DNA from: Felis catus
Lineage: Eukaryota
Assembly: GCF_018350175.1 (NCBI RefSeq)
Contig: NC_058368.1
Coordinates: forward strand, 205,036,001-205,100,000
Direction: 5' to 3'
DNA: 64,000 nucleotides
Shown: one piece after another, positions 49,946 to 62,966 of the stretch
Layout of the letters: every line of letters begins with the position of its first letter
How positions within the stretch are numbered: the first letter of the stretch is position 1
The notes under the pieces: generated by a model
Told to the model about the DNA's origin: nothing
The model's input: only the letters and a program-made list of their open reading frames with translations
Databases searched by the model: none
Program-made: the position numbers and the translations under genes

Positions 49946-52108
49946 ACTATAATAATTTAAAGCAACTAAAATTTTCATCTTCCTGCCTTATTTCTTTGGG
50001 ATACTCTCTTTGGGACTTAAATATTGCCAATTTCTTCTACTTCCTCTCTTCCTTCTTTCTAATTGAACTTATTTTGTGGGTGGGAGAATGGCTAACATTA
50101 TCATTCTGTAAACACTTCAATTTTATTGTTTATTTTTGAAACTCTATAATCTAGCTTTTAGCTTTCATCTTGCTTAGAAAAATTAAGCTTTTGGAATTTC
50201 AGAAAACAGAATCTCTAAACCAAGCAAATCAAACAAAAATATCTATTCTTCCCACAAAACTTGTCTCTTACTTTGTTTCCATACAATGTGTTCATCAAAA
50301 GCCCATTCAGAAATTCATCTATCCCTTGGTTTTTGGATGTGTTCACTCTCCTTTTGTGGGCAGAGCAATGAAAAAAGCTATCACTGATAATTAAATGGTG
50401 GGAGAGGTATAAAAGAATTGTGGGGAAAATGTAAAGTAAAAGGAATAAAAAATAACATGTAATTTAGAATCAAAATCACTAAAGTATCATTTAATATAAT
50501 TTAGCATCAAAATATTTTTAATCCCATCTAAAGTTCATCTCTTCCTTGTGATTCAGGATCCATGGGAAGGAACTGACAGTTCCCTAGTAGGTATATTTCA
50601 GTTGTAGGAAAAGATTATATCTATTTTTTCCCTCTTCCCCTCTATTTCTTTTGGGAACACCAGCCCAGAATTTCAAAAATTCTTGTGCACTATTACAAAC
50701 CATATATGAGAATTGGAGTAAGTCAGCTTGAGGCAAGGACTTTAACCCTAGGAGAGATGGTGTATGCAGAGAGGGAGCCAGATTTTGGTTTTAGAGCAGT
50801 GGACTTATTAATATTTAGCTTGAAAGTATACTACAGAATACTTTAATCCCCAGAAATAATCAGCAGAAGTAAGAAAAGAGGAGGAAGGGGGCAGTGTCAT
50901 GGAAAATTAGGATTCTCTTAGACTATGAACATTGAAAAGAATTGAAGCTTTTCTTTAAGAGAAAAGACTGATTCCAATGATCTTAGCCCAAAATGCAAGA
51001 GAAGGATCTTGAGGGGGGAAGATTTTCATGATGACAGTTAAGAGTTGCTCTCCTTTTGGGTTTCCTTTTGGTAGGAAAATGGAAATTTGACATTAGTTTT
51101 ATCACCAAAAAACAAAAGGCATTTAGACAGAGTTCAGATGGGGTTCAGGAATTCTCTGGAAGTCAGAGGGAGACCAGAGACTGGAGCCCAGGTCCTGGAA
51201 TCATGCCAGGCTTGGCTGGTGCCTACTCTCCGTATAGGTCAAGGCCAGTATCTGAGCAGTGACTCATTCACACTCTGTCAGTGAAGCCTGTGGAGTCGGA
51301 CACACACAGGGAAGCTTCTCATGCTCGTGAGGGCAGAGCCCTGGAGGATGAGGGAGTGGTAGGAAACACAGAGCAAGGAGCATAGAGGCGTCAGGTGGGG
51401 GGGTGGTGGTGAGTTTTTAACCCAGTATCTAGGTCCTGATATATGATCTCAAGAGCTTGGGATTATATTCTAAAGAAACAGACTCTGGAAAGAGTCATAA
51501 TCCCACCTGTTTAGAAGGGAAGAATTTAGATGAGAGTAAACATCCTTGTGGTGGCTTATTGGGAAAAAAGAAGGAAAAATTTATATTATAAATTTTCTTG
51601 GTAAGTTACATTTTTCCTAATTCACTTTCTTTTCACATCCTTCCCAACATTTAATGGTGATGAAGGTTTTCATCTTAAAGCCATGACTATCAGGATGGGA
51701 ACGACACAGAAAAAGATAAAATCTAAATTCTAATTTTCGAATTATTTTATAACCTTCTGTAACCTACAGCAGAAGCAACATTTTTGAAAGACATGACCTC
51801 AACTGCAAAAGCAAAGCACTTAAAAAATTAATGATTTATATTTAGCTACCTATTTATAATTTTTTTTTACCATTTCAAAAGCTTCCTTTAAAATATTGAA
51901 AACTATATAGGCCAATACAGAGATATAGAACACAGAGTTGATAATACAAACAACAAAGTCTGGAAGAATCCTTGATTTAAGAGAAAATTTCCCCACTATG
52001 GCAAGAGAAGTCTCCTTTCTAGATTGGGAAAAGGAATTTATAAAGGAGAACAAGAGAGTTTTAAGTTAGTGTTGGGCTCTGAGCACTGCTCTAATCGTCT
52101 CTAGGAGT

Positions 52109-52117
52109 TGAAACATT

Positions 52118-52161
<44 letters not shown>
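52109..52161. repeat. (GT)n microsatellite
   Basis: About 26 units. Confidence 0.97.
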
Positions 52162-52162
<1 letters not shown>

Positions 52163-52319
52163 TATGTGATAGAAATCTCTTGGCTATGTTTGAATCACTG
52201 AAAGTTGATAGGTCTTGTGTCCCATTTTATATCTGAAACTGTAGGTGATAAGATCATAGGTTTTATTTCTCTCCTGATCCCTTTTAAAAGATAAAAAAAC
52301 TCTGAAAAGTGTAACAGGT

Positions 52320-52530
52320 AACATAATTGATTCTTTGGGGGAGTATAATACTCTGTGGTGGGGGCTGTTTTGTGCATTGTGAGATTGTGGGGTTTATAGA
52401 GTATCGCTGGTCTCTATTCACTAGATGCCAGTAGCATACCCCCTCCCTCAGCTGTGGCAACCAAAAATATTTTCATACATTGTGAAACATCCCCTGAGTG
52501 GCAAAATTAACTCTGGGTAAGAACCAGTGC
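52320..52530. mobile_element. MER20 (hAT-Charlie)
   Basis: tgtggtgggggctgttttgtgcattgt..cactagatgccagtagca..gcaaccaaaaat..ggcaaaatt..gaaccagtg. Confidence 0.8.
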
Positions 52531-53892
52531 CCTATAGTAAATTAGAGTTTGTTAGATCATTCTCCTTCATGCTATGGGGACTAGGATGTCATAGGCAGTA
52601 AGGACAAGAATGGAGAAAGGGCATTGAAAAGGAAGTTGGAACCAAACCCCCAAGCTTCCTCTACCAACATTTTGTCCTGGGTTGGGTCTTTGTTAAGTCT
52701 TCAGATTTTTATTAACATTTTTTAACAAGATGTCAAACTTAAGGAATGAATTCATCTCCTTAGGAGCCTCTCCAAGTATGTGGAAAGAAGAATTATTCCA
52801 AACAACAGGAAATAAAAAAGACAATGTGTGTGTCTAATGGCTTGGGGTTGGTTAGGTTGCAGTGAACAAACTAGTTTCATTTAATGGCTCATTAGTGGAT
52901 GGCTGAAAAATGTGTAATCGTTCTAATATAAAATCTGCAGCTAGACCAGAAAGCAGCTTGAGTCCCAGACATACATAAAAGTGTCCCAAAATAATAAATT
53001 GGAATTCACTTAACAAAATATTTGCTAATGCATCTGAAAAAAAAATATATGCCACAGATATTCTGATGGTAATATATACCTAATGAATAATATTGCCAAA
53101 AAAAGCCCATGAGTGTGCACACAGAATGAATTCTGCAATCTGATACCCAAATAAGAAGGACCAAAACAGTGTTTAGTTGTTGTGGAAGGCCTGGAAAAAG
53201 CATTAGCTTCATATGCTCTGACCCTGAGACTCTGGGCGGTAAATATATCCAGGTGAGGTCACACCTGCCATTTTAAAATGTACTTTGGCTCATTTCAGGT
53301 CTGGACAGACATAAATTATTTGGCAAGCATTCAAGAGTGAGCAATGATGAAGGTAGGGGAGGTGGTGGATGGAAAAAATAGAAGGTAGAGGAGACAGAAT
53401 ATTACCAGGAGCCTCCCCCAAGTAACAAGCGTGAATGCTACGCTATATGCACACATTGTCAGAGACCAATTTATGGTTGAACCATTTAAAGTGACTCATA
53501 CTCTAACAAGCATTGCTATTAACAATGTACTAAGGCAACCTGCAGCCAACCCAATTTGAAAGTAGATTATTGAGACAGAGGTCTATAAGAGACATTACTT
53601 ATCTAGTTTATCCATTTGGGGCACCAGAATTAATTATAATAGGTAAGGTTCAAAATATCACCTGGAACTGTATATGTTACTATTGGAAGGAGGTTCCTTA
53701 GATTGAAGCTTTAGAGAAAACAAAATGACACCACCCTATATATTTTACTGACCCCAACAAATTGTTGAGAATCTATGTATATGTATATTTACATGCTCTC
53801 TCTTTCTCTTTTTTTTCTCTCTCTCTTTCTCTGTCTCTCAAATATTTTGAGATCTATTTCCTAACTGAGGAATTAGAAATAACTCATAACTA

Positions 53893-54120
53893 GGGGCGCC
53901 TGGGTGGCTCAGTCGGTAAATCATCCGACTTCAGTTCAAGTCATGATCTCACGGTTCATGAGTTCTAGACCTGCATCAGGCTCTGTGCTGACAGCTCAGA
54001 GCCTGGAAACTGCTTCAGATTCTGTGTCTCCCTCTCTCTCTGCCCCTCCCCCACTCATGCCTGTCTCTCTCTCTCTCTCTCTCAAAAATAAATGAAAACA
54101 TTAAAAAAAAATTTAAAAAA
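53893..54120 (+). mobile_element. Can-SINE (SINEC_Fc2-like)
   Basis: TSD agaaataactc(a/g)taacta; full head and tail. Confidence 0.95.
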
Positions 54121-56096
54121 AGAAATAACTCGTAACTAGCATGGTCAAGAGAATAATCTGCATCCTTGTCTGATGTTGATCCTAGTTTCCATGTCCCATG
54201 ATGTGTTCCTCCCAAGCAGTCTGTGTTGGGTATCCATTTCTTATTGAAGGGGCTCTGAATTAATCCTAGAAGGAGGACAGCAAATAAAGGCTGGATTTGG
54301 GGGAGGTGAGCTGATAAATTTCCTTATAGCATAGATATTAAAATGCTTTGGAGATACTGTTTTTTTTTGGAAATACACCTGTAAATTTTCCTTGATAAAA
54401 TTAGATTCATTATACATAACTGTTTTTAAGATCATCCTTTCAGGAACATATATATTCTATATGCATTAAGGATCATTCACATATATTAAAATGATTCAAT
54501 TCCAGTAATGTCATTTTTACATGTTCAAAGAACCTTAAAAAACTTAATTATATGAATCACCTTAAAATGGTCAAACAACCAAATAAGAATGTAGAAAGAC
54601 TTCCCACCATAATACTTTAATTTGACTTGATAAATACCATTCTGTGTAGGTTCCTGCAATGGCTTTCTTCTCAGTTGGATGGGAAAAGAGAGGAGTCCAA
54701 TAAGACTCTCTTAGAGCTACTCTCTTCCGGTTCTGACTCCTGCCCCCAACCCTTTTCCCCTCAAACTTTCCCTTCACACCCTCTTGCTCTGGTTTGATTT
54801 CCCCAGATTCTGTAAAGTTGCCTAATTTATAAATAACTAACATTTATTTAGTGGTAACTATATGGTTAAATATCTAGTTAAAAGACTAATGGCAAAATAT
54901 CATTGTCTCTTTATGAAAAGAATCTATGATCCTTTGTTTATTGTAACTTATGCTAATTGGGCACAAAGAAAAACTACTAATGGGTGTTTTGTTTAATCCC
55001 CACAGTGTTTTATAAATTGTCCAATTGGGGACAGAACATATTTAAATGGGAAGGAATTCAGGGATCTGACAGCCAGTGAGCTGAAGCTGGGTAGTCTGTT
55101 TCGCTAGGCAAGGCTGCCTGCCAGTGCTTGAGGACAGGCTGGCATGCTTTAGGTATCAAGGATATTTCTGATGACATCACAGAGAAGGTGATCCAGAGGA
55201 TTGGTAGAAAAGTCAAAAGATCACCCCAGAATATGGCTGGTAGAAAGTTCTAAAAAGAAGTATCTTTGGCAGAATAGCAATATTGCTTTATCATCAGTTA
55301 ATTTGCTGATGTTGGTCTTTATAGAGATTTGCTTCACAACCAGAATTTTGAAGTTACTTGTCTTACTTCGATCTGTTCTCAGAAGGTTACAGTGTTTGAC
55401 CAAACTGTTTCATTCTGATATGCTTTCAGAGGTATAATGAGCCAGAGGCCCAGGAAATGTTGAAATCCTACCACTGCAGGATTCTTCCATATTCACAGAT
55501 GGCCACAGTATTGTGATTGTAAAAGGAAGCACAAGTCTGTATTATTATGTAAAGATTAAAATGTGAGTTCTCCTGACTCTTCTTAGTGAAAGTTTATCCA
55601 CATGATTACTCACACCAGGCCTAATGGTTCATCTGTGTGTTTATAACGTTAATGAACCTTTTGAGTTTTCAGATTCCAACCTCAAACATCTGAGTGATAA
55701 TAGAAGTTTCCATGTAAAGGTTATATGATTTAAACAATAGATTTACTGTTTTACTAGGGACAGCATTTTTCTTCTGTCTGAAGGCTTAAGGATGAGAGAA
55801 TGCTAGCACTTGGTAGTTTTTTTGTCACTGTTTTTCATCTTTCATACATGTTAAAAGGGATAAAAAACACCATATTAAAAGGTTGGTGATGAGACCTTTG
55901 AATTCTGTATCAATATTTCAGTCCCTTGACTAGATCTGCAACCATTTCCTTTCCAATAAGATTAAAATTGAAGTATTATGTGATGAACATAGACCAGTTT
56001 AATAGAGATAATTAAAGTGTAGCAACATCTTTAATTAAGGACACTTGAGATAATTTCTTTTTCCATCTGCATGGCTATTTAAAATTGTCTCTTATG

Positions 56097-56800
56097 GACT
56101 ATAGACGCTGGAGAGGATGTGGAGAAACGGGAACCCTCTTGCACTGTTGGTAGGAATGCAAACTGGTGTGGCCACTTTGGAAAACAGTGTGGAGGTTCCT
56201 CAAAAAATTAAAAATAGACCTACCCTATGACCCAGCAGTAGCACTGCTAGGAATTTACCCAAGGGATACAGGAGTACTGATGCATAGGGGCACTTGTACC
56301 CCAATGTTTATAAAGCATTCTCAACAATAGCCAAATTATGGAAAGAGCCTAAATGTCCACCAACTGATGAATGGATAAAGAAATTGTGGTTTATATACAC
56401 AATGGAGTACTACGTGGCAATGAGAAAGAATGAAATATGGCCCTTTGTAGCAACGTGGATGGAACTGAAGAGTGTGATGCTAAGTGAAATAAGCCATACA
56501 GAGAAAGACAGATACCATATGGTTTCACTCTTATGTGGATCCTGAGAAACATAACAGAAACCCATGGGGGGAGGGGAAGGAAAAAAAAAAGAGGTTAGAG
56601 TGGGAGAGAGCCAAAGCATAAGAGACTCTTAAAAACTGAGAACAAACTGAGGGTTGATGGGGCGGGTGGGTGGGAGGGGAGGTTGGGTGATGGGTATTGA
56701 GGAGGGCACCTTTTGGGATGAGCACTGGGTGTTGTATGGAAACCAATTTGACAATAAATTTCATATATTAAAATTAAATTAAATTAAATTAAAAATTAAA
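56097..56800 (+). mobile_element. Young L1_Fc-type element, 5'-truncated (ORF2 end plus 3' UTR)
   Basis: ORF 56294..56545 (LWKEPKCP.TDEWIKK..) is the L1 terminus; G-rich 3' UTR; (AAATT)n tail; TSD aaaatt(g/t)tctcttatg at 56081-56096 and 56801-56816. Confidence 0.95.
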
Positions 56801-57269
56801 AAAATTTTCTCTTATGCCTAAAGTTTGCCTATTAATCTACAGTCATCCAACATTTCAATCCGATAAACATTGCATTTTCAATCCAACAAAAATACTCTAA
56901 CTCAGTGCTACATCTCAGTTTGGGTTTCTGAAAACTGTAGGTGCTGACAATTCTGGTACATTAATAAAACTATAGCAGTTTGAAGAGAAAACCTTCTTTC
57001 CAATGTTTTCCAAAGAAAATGCAGTATAATTTTGTAACTGCAAGGTACCCTAGAAGTATTTAATCCAACATCTTCATTTTACATAGGAGAAATAAGACTT
57101 AAAGGAATGGAAAAAGTTGTCTATCACACAACCAACTGCCCCTAAAATCTATGTTTCTTTATTCTGGGTCCAAAGTTGGTCTCTCCCTATGTCATGATTG
57201 TACCATATATAGAACTTCTCTCATCATGTATCTGATAGCTGATAGCTAAGGAAGGAGCCTCTGCAGAGG

Positions 57270-57450
57270 CAGAAGAGCTTAGTGGGTAAGGGTTTGGACC
57301 ACCAGCTGAGAAGATTCTGGTCTAGAAACCTGATTCTACTGGATGTGATTTTAGGTAAATTACTTAACTTCTCTGGCCTCAGTTTTCTCATCTGTAAAAT
57401 GGAGTTTGTAATATCACTAAGTTTACAGGTCATTATAAGAATCAAAGGAG
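57270..57450 (+). mobile_element. MIR
   Basis: tgtgattttaggtaaattacttaacttctctggcctcagttttctcatctgtaaaatgg core. Confidence 0.8.
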
Positions 57451-57919
57451 GCCCTGACACATATTATGAACTCAATATGTTTCAGAATAAGTATCCTAAC
57501 CCTGCTTTTGATAAGCATGAGTATAGTTCAGTAACTTTAACATTGAGACCTTTATCTCTTTATCTTCAGACAACATAATTCAACAGATAGAGAGTAGGGA
57601 GATCCAAATCAATTTTGACTAAAATACTTCTTATAATGTTTTGACTTGTCAAATCCAGCCAGGCTGTATAAATTGGAAATCTGAGTCCTTTCCCCGAGAT
57701 TCAGATAAGTATTACCACAACCATTTCAGGCTGCAAAGCATCTATCTCAACTTGTGACATCTCCAGAGATAGAGATTTGAGAGACCTGTGGTGAACCCAT
57801 TTTTGAGCTCTAATCACCATCTTCTTTTCAGTTTACCTCACTAATTAAATATCAAGAAGAGAAGAAAGTTGAACTTGAACTTACTGAATGCTTGTACCAA
57901 TGTGTAAAAGATTTCCTAA

Positions 57920-58345
57920 GTATCTGCTTTGGGTCCCCTGAGAAGCAGATGCTAAGACAAAGATTTGAGTGCAAGTGGTTTATTTAGGGAGCCATCTCAG
58001 AGGGAATCAGTAGGGGAGCAGAAAATAAGACAGAGAAGGGAATGAAGTACCTTATCAAGCAGATTATTGCTGGGAGCAACTGGCACCCAGTCTCTCTGGG
58101 GAACTACATACAGAACACACCTGGATTTATCAAACCTGACAGGTTGGGGAGGTTAGGATATTTATTCTTCAACGTCAGCCATGCCTGAGTGAGAGCTGCT
58201 CCTGGAAGATTTAATTCCCCAACATTTCTGGCTTGTCCCATACTTGGGCTGAGAATAAGCCATGTGGCAGGGTATTGTAGTAGAGTGCTGCCAGCATAAA
58301 TTTGATCAGTGAATATACAAGGAATATGGGTGATGTCCACTGTAG
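57920..58345 (-). mobile_element. ERVL/MaLR-class LTR (LTR33-like)
   Basis: gggtcccctgagaagcagatgctaagacaaagatttgagtgcaagtggtttatttaggga, with AATAAA on the minus strand. Confidence 0.65.
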
Positions 58346-59696
58346 CATGCCTTGTGATTAAAACAATAACCACTGGAAAGTATCTAGGCCTAGAATGTGA
58401 CCCGTGAAACCAAAGAATCTGATAAATTTATCTAATGAAATGTCACCGAAGAAAGAGTCATAGACCATATTATATCCTTCTTAGAAAAAGCAGGGGTAGG
58501 TGGATTACAGGTGCCCTTTTACACATTCAGATGCATACACGTAAACCCACATAACTTCAATCCCATCTTCATTTCTCATTTCACTAATACCTTCTGGAAA
58601 TAAAGCCTATTGGAAATCATTCTAAAACACAATAGGCTGTTATCTCTCTAGTGCCCATTTTCTACTCAGCACACAGTGACAACATGTTTATCAAGTTTGT
58701 GGAAGTATCAACAGTCCAAGACTTGACCCTCCATTAAGCACTGTATTCTACAAAAGCTCAGTTGAGGAGTAACTGTAAGTAGGCACAGAAAGATAATGCA
58801 GATAGTACTGAAAGAATAACAAAATAAGGAAAGTTAGCATGAATCTAACTCAAAGTTCAGAATAAGTTCAAGCTGTTGCTCTGGCATATGCTTTCACTTG
58901 GGACCAGAGTGAAGGGTGGGAAATTTCAAAATTACCCAACATGTTTTCTTGTTATACTTGGAAAGATGTCTAGTGTTATTTTTTCTTTTTCCATTTATGA
59001 AATGAGCCCAATTGCTTGTGTTTCTATGATGCATTCACACCACTAAGAATTAAAGCACTATCTGGGTTCTTTCTTCTCTACCCAGGCTCACTAACCTGCT
59101 AATTGGGAAAAGTCATTAACAGCATGTATTGAATTTATTTGCATGTTGCGACTTGCTGTAACAATAATGCAATGGTATCTTTACCTTTTGCAGTCAAGGT
59201 TTCAAACAAAGGAGCCTTGTTAAGGATGTCTTATCAATAAATTTTGACAAGACAGATTGTTAATAACCTATTTTCCAGAGGCAGTCTTTGGATAAGAATT
59301 TTATATTAGACTATCAGCTAAATGATCACTGTAAGATCCACAGCTATAGAAGTAAATTAATTTCTCTTTTGGTATGCCCTGTGACATGGTAGGAACACTA
59401 AACCCAAACTATTTAAAGTGAGTCTGTGAGAGCAGAACATTTGTTTCCATTGGACTTTAAGGTGGGGAATTAGGCAGAAAGCTGGGTCGGGTCAACACAA
59501 TGCTTTGCTGATTGTTTAGAGATCAATCACCATCAAGGCAGGAAAGTAACATTTTATATTTTTTGGTTCCTTTTGATCACTGCAATAAGCTAATGGATTG
59601 TTAGTGAACTGGAAATTAAATAGCTGACTAATGACTAAGCAATCCAAGAGGAAATGGTTAAATCTTTTACATTTTTTAAATGAATGCATTATAAAG

Positions 59697-59913
59697 CAGG
59701 GGGTTAGCAAACTATGGGCCACGGGCCAAATCCAGCCCACCATTGTTTTTATAAGTGAAGTTTTATTGAAATTAGCCACACTCCTTGACATATTGTTTAA
59801 GGCTGATTTTATGTTACAACAGCAGACTTAAGTAGTTGTTGCAAAGACCAATAATACCCAAAGCCTAAAATATTTACTATTTGGCCTTTTACACAAAAAG
59901 TTTACTATATCTA
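59697..59913 (-). mobile_element. MER58A
   Basis: caggggttagcaaactatgg..gggccaaatccagccc..aaagcctaaaatatttactatttggcc..; degenerate 8-bp TSD ttataaag/ctatagag. Confidence 0.85.
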
Positions 59914-59930
59914 CTATAGAGATGTAACTC

Positions 59931-59955
59931 TTTTTTTTTTTTTTTTTTTTTTTTT
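59931..59955. repeat. Poly(T) tract
   Basis: 25 consecutive T. Confidence 0.95.
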
Positions 59956-60129
59956 GGTACAAAATACGCTTGATAGACTGCTTACCTAGAGAGGCCAAAG
60001 ATGTGGATTTCACACCACATACACATGTTAATATCACCTTCTGATGCAAATTCTGTTCTGCCCTCTTAAAAATAAATGCTATTAATCATAAGAGAAATTG
60101 TTGTAGCAAAAGTTAGAATGTAAATTATT

Positions 60130-60250
60130 AGAATTGGGAGCATGCCATAGAGACCATATAGTTTGAGGTTCTAATTTTATAGATGAAAATGAAACCCAGA
60201 AAGGTTAAGAGGTTTGCCCAAGGTTACTCAGCTAATGGCAGAGGCAGGTC
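60130..60250 (-). mobile_element. MIR fragment
   Basis: ttttatagatgaaaatgaaacccagaaaggttaagaggtttgcccaaggttactcagcta. Confidence 0.75.
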
Positions 60251-60397
60251 ACCATTTCTCCTCCTAAAACAAATAATCAAACAGCAAAAGCCCTTTTGAT
60301 GAAGCCCAGTTCTTCCTGATAAGAGGCAGGGAATATTAATTTTGTTCTTTCAGGAACAACCCTCATTCTATGTCGAGTAAATTCAGTTACTTTAATA

Positions 60398-60565
60398 TAG
60401 TGGTTCTCAAATTTCAGGGTGCATGTTGTTTAAAATGAGGATTTCTGGGCTTAATGCCTCCTTTCCAAATTGCTGATGCAGTGGGTCTCAAGAATTTGCA
60501 TATCTAACAAGTTTTCCAGGCAACACTGATGTGCGGGTCTTGAGAGCACATTTAGGATACACTGG
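60398..60565. mobile_element. MER5A (hAT-Charlie)
   Basis: tagtggttctcaaa..caagaatttgcatatctaacaagttttccagg..ctgatg.. Confidence 0.75.
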
Positions 60566-61894
60566 GAATGATAAATTTCTGTCTCTCTCATGTGTAGGGA
60601 TTTGCTCTAAGGTTGAAACAATGATAACTTGCTCATGGCTTATTAGAGGACGGTAATCAACAAAGAGCTAGCAACACACTATTGCACTATACCAAATAAA
60701 GCAAAAAGAAAGAACAAGAACAAATGAGACTAACCACTTTAGTCTAGTTAGCAAGCTCCTGGAAGGTGCAGGGACAGAGATAAAGGAAAGATGATGTAGA
60801 AAGTTTTCATTCTGTGGGGTATAGCAGTTGACAACAGAAGGAAGAAGGGTTTGTGAGGGTAGAAGAGATGACACAAACTGTCAGGATGTCAATATGTTCT
60901 CAGCATTTTTAAGTATGTGATTCATTAGGTAGTGATTCAGCATTTACATTATAAGAAATCACCTGGTACTATCTTCTCCCCCACAAACAAATGAGTTAAT
61001 TTAATATGTATGTATGCAGATTTATATAAATATTTATTCCATAAAAGTTTTATGTGAAAGAAAATAACATGTTATTTCCCTATGTTCATAAATTCACAAA
61101 ATCTCTTTATGGTCAAAGATTTCTTTTACAACTAGAAAAACAAGAAATAGAAATTACATTAAGTACCTAATAACCATGCAACAAACCAGTAAAAAGACAA
61201 AGAAAAATGCTAAATTCCCTTGATGCTTTGAGAAAAAGACATTAATAGAAATGAATAAGGAATAGAGGTTTATTTTTCTTGGATACTTTGTAATTTAAGT
61301 TGTTTTGCCTTTTCTTGAGAAAAAATGGGGGAGATATTTAATCTCAAAAGATTGAATTTGAACGGGGCAGTGGTGATGAAGAAAAATAATTCACACCCCA
61401 CCCTCTCACCAATCATCAATAAACACGATTGAAGTGGCTTCTTGTAAGAAAAAGCTCTAAAAATTTAGAACTGAGAAAATTTAAACCTGATGTTTCCATT
61501 TCCTTCCAACTTCTCCTGTGTCTGTTGCAACACTTGACTTTTCTTCTGCATCTGTGCCTGTGGATTACTGGATTGCTGGCACCACGGGCTCCCTGACTAT
61601 TCCTCTTGGGATTATGAGGCCCACTCGGGGCATGGCTGAAACTGAGCTCACCCCTACCCTGCCTCTCTCTTGGCCCCAGTTGCTCCCTCTCTGTACATCC
61701 TCACTTCTGTCAAAATTATTATCGATTCTCCTGTCATACAAGCTCGAAAGAAACCTCAGTGAACCCTACCAACTCTTTCTTTCCTACCAAATTTAGCCTG
61801 CTCCCAATCCTCTTGATTCCCCCTTTATAATGTTCACACTTATCCTGTTTCTCTCCCTCTCTTCCACTCCCACCCACCCATTCTGAGCTCTCTG

Positions 61895-62150
61895 CAGGGA
61901 ATAGTGGTTAGAGCAGGGGCTACAAATTCAGATACCTAGACTGCACTGCCAGCTCTGAAGCCTCCTAGCTGGGTAACTTTCAGTGGTGAAGTGTCTGAAC
62001 CTCAACGTCATCATTTTATTTCTAAACTGGGCATAACAACATTGCTCACAGAATTGTTATGTGGATAAGATAGCATATTCAAAATGCTTAGCACCGTGTC
62101 CCATACAAAGCTCACAGTGACACACAGAAATGCAGTCACTAGAGTGACTA
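61895..62150 (+). mobile_element. MIR
   Basis: tagtggttagagcaggggct..cagatacc..tagctgggtaac..tctgaacctca..ctcacagaattgtt..aaaatgcttagcaccgtg. Confidence 0.75.
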
Positions 62151-62512
62151 TAACAGTTCTTATGTGACAGGAACACTTACAGTGTAGCTTCAACTTTCAT
62201 TTGCCCCTTATATACAAATATTCACTCTCATCTATAATCTTGTATTCAAAATTCTATTTTCTCATATATAATCTTTATTGTTTTTAACGAATGATTCATC
62301 CTCTGCTCCAGATGAGAAAGAACCCTGTGGAAAGAGAAAAGCAAGAAGTATTTCCTTCCACATTGACCGTGTAGGGGTAGTGGTGAAATTTATTCCTTTG
62401 TGCAAATGTCAGGAAAATAGAGAAGGCTCTGTCCTTTCTCCCACAGTAGTATTTATATATCCCATTTAAGTTTCTAGGGTGCTTTCACATTTGTCATTTC
62501 TCTGAACCCTAC

Positions 62513-62966
62513 TGTTATGGATCAAATTGTGTCCCAGCTCCAAATTCTTACGTTAAAGTCTAAAACCCCAATACCTCAGAATGTGATATTATTTGGAAAT
62601 CGAGTCATGCATATATAATTAGTATGGTGACATGATTCTGGAGTAGAGTGGGCCCCTAATCCAAGATGACCAGAGTCCTTATGAGAAGGGGAAATCTGGA
62701 CACAGATGCACACACTGGGAGAACATCATGTGAGCATGAAATCATGGGTAATGCAGAAGTCAAGGAACACCAAAGATGGCCAACAAACTACCAGATGCTA
62801 CAGAGAAGCATGGAACAGATTCCTCTTTGCACCTCAGAGGAAGCATGGCCTTGTTGACACCCTGACATCAGATTTCTAGCCTGAAGAACTATGAGATGAT
62901 AAATTCCCATTGTTTTAAGCCACTCAGTTTGTGGTAGTCTGTTATGGCAACTAGCAAATTAATATA
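62513..62966 (+). mobile_element. MaLR LTR (MLT1C-like)
   Basis: tgttatgg..aattgtgtccc..ccccaatacctcagaatgtga..tgttttaagccactcagtttgtggta..gttatggcaa; 5-bp TSD cct(a/g)c. Confidence 0.88.

Noticed and set aside
53893..53975. tRNA-like A/B box sequence
   Set aside because: tRNA-derived head of a Can-SINE; continues into the CT tract and A tail with a TSD.
58600..58643. Imperfect inverted repeat agcctattg/caataggct
   Set aside because: 9-bp core with a long loop is within chance expectation in AT-rich DNA.
59931..59955. Poly(T) as the tail of a minus-strand retrocopy
   Set aside because: No TSD or recognisable retroposed body next to it; treated as a simple repeat.
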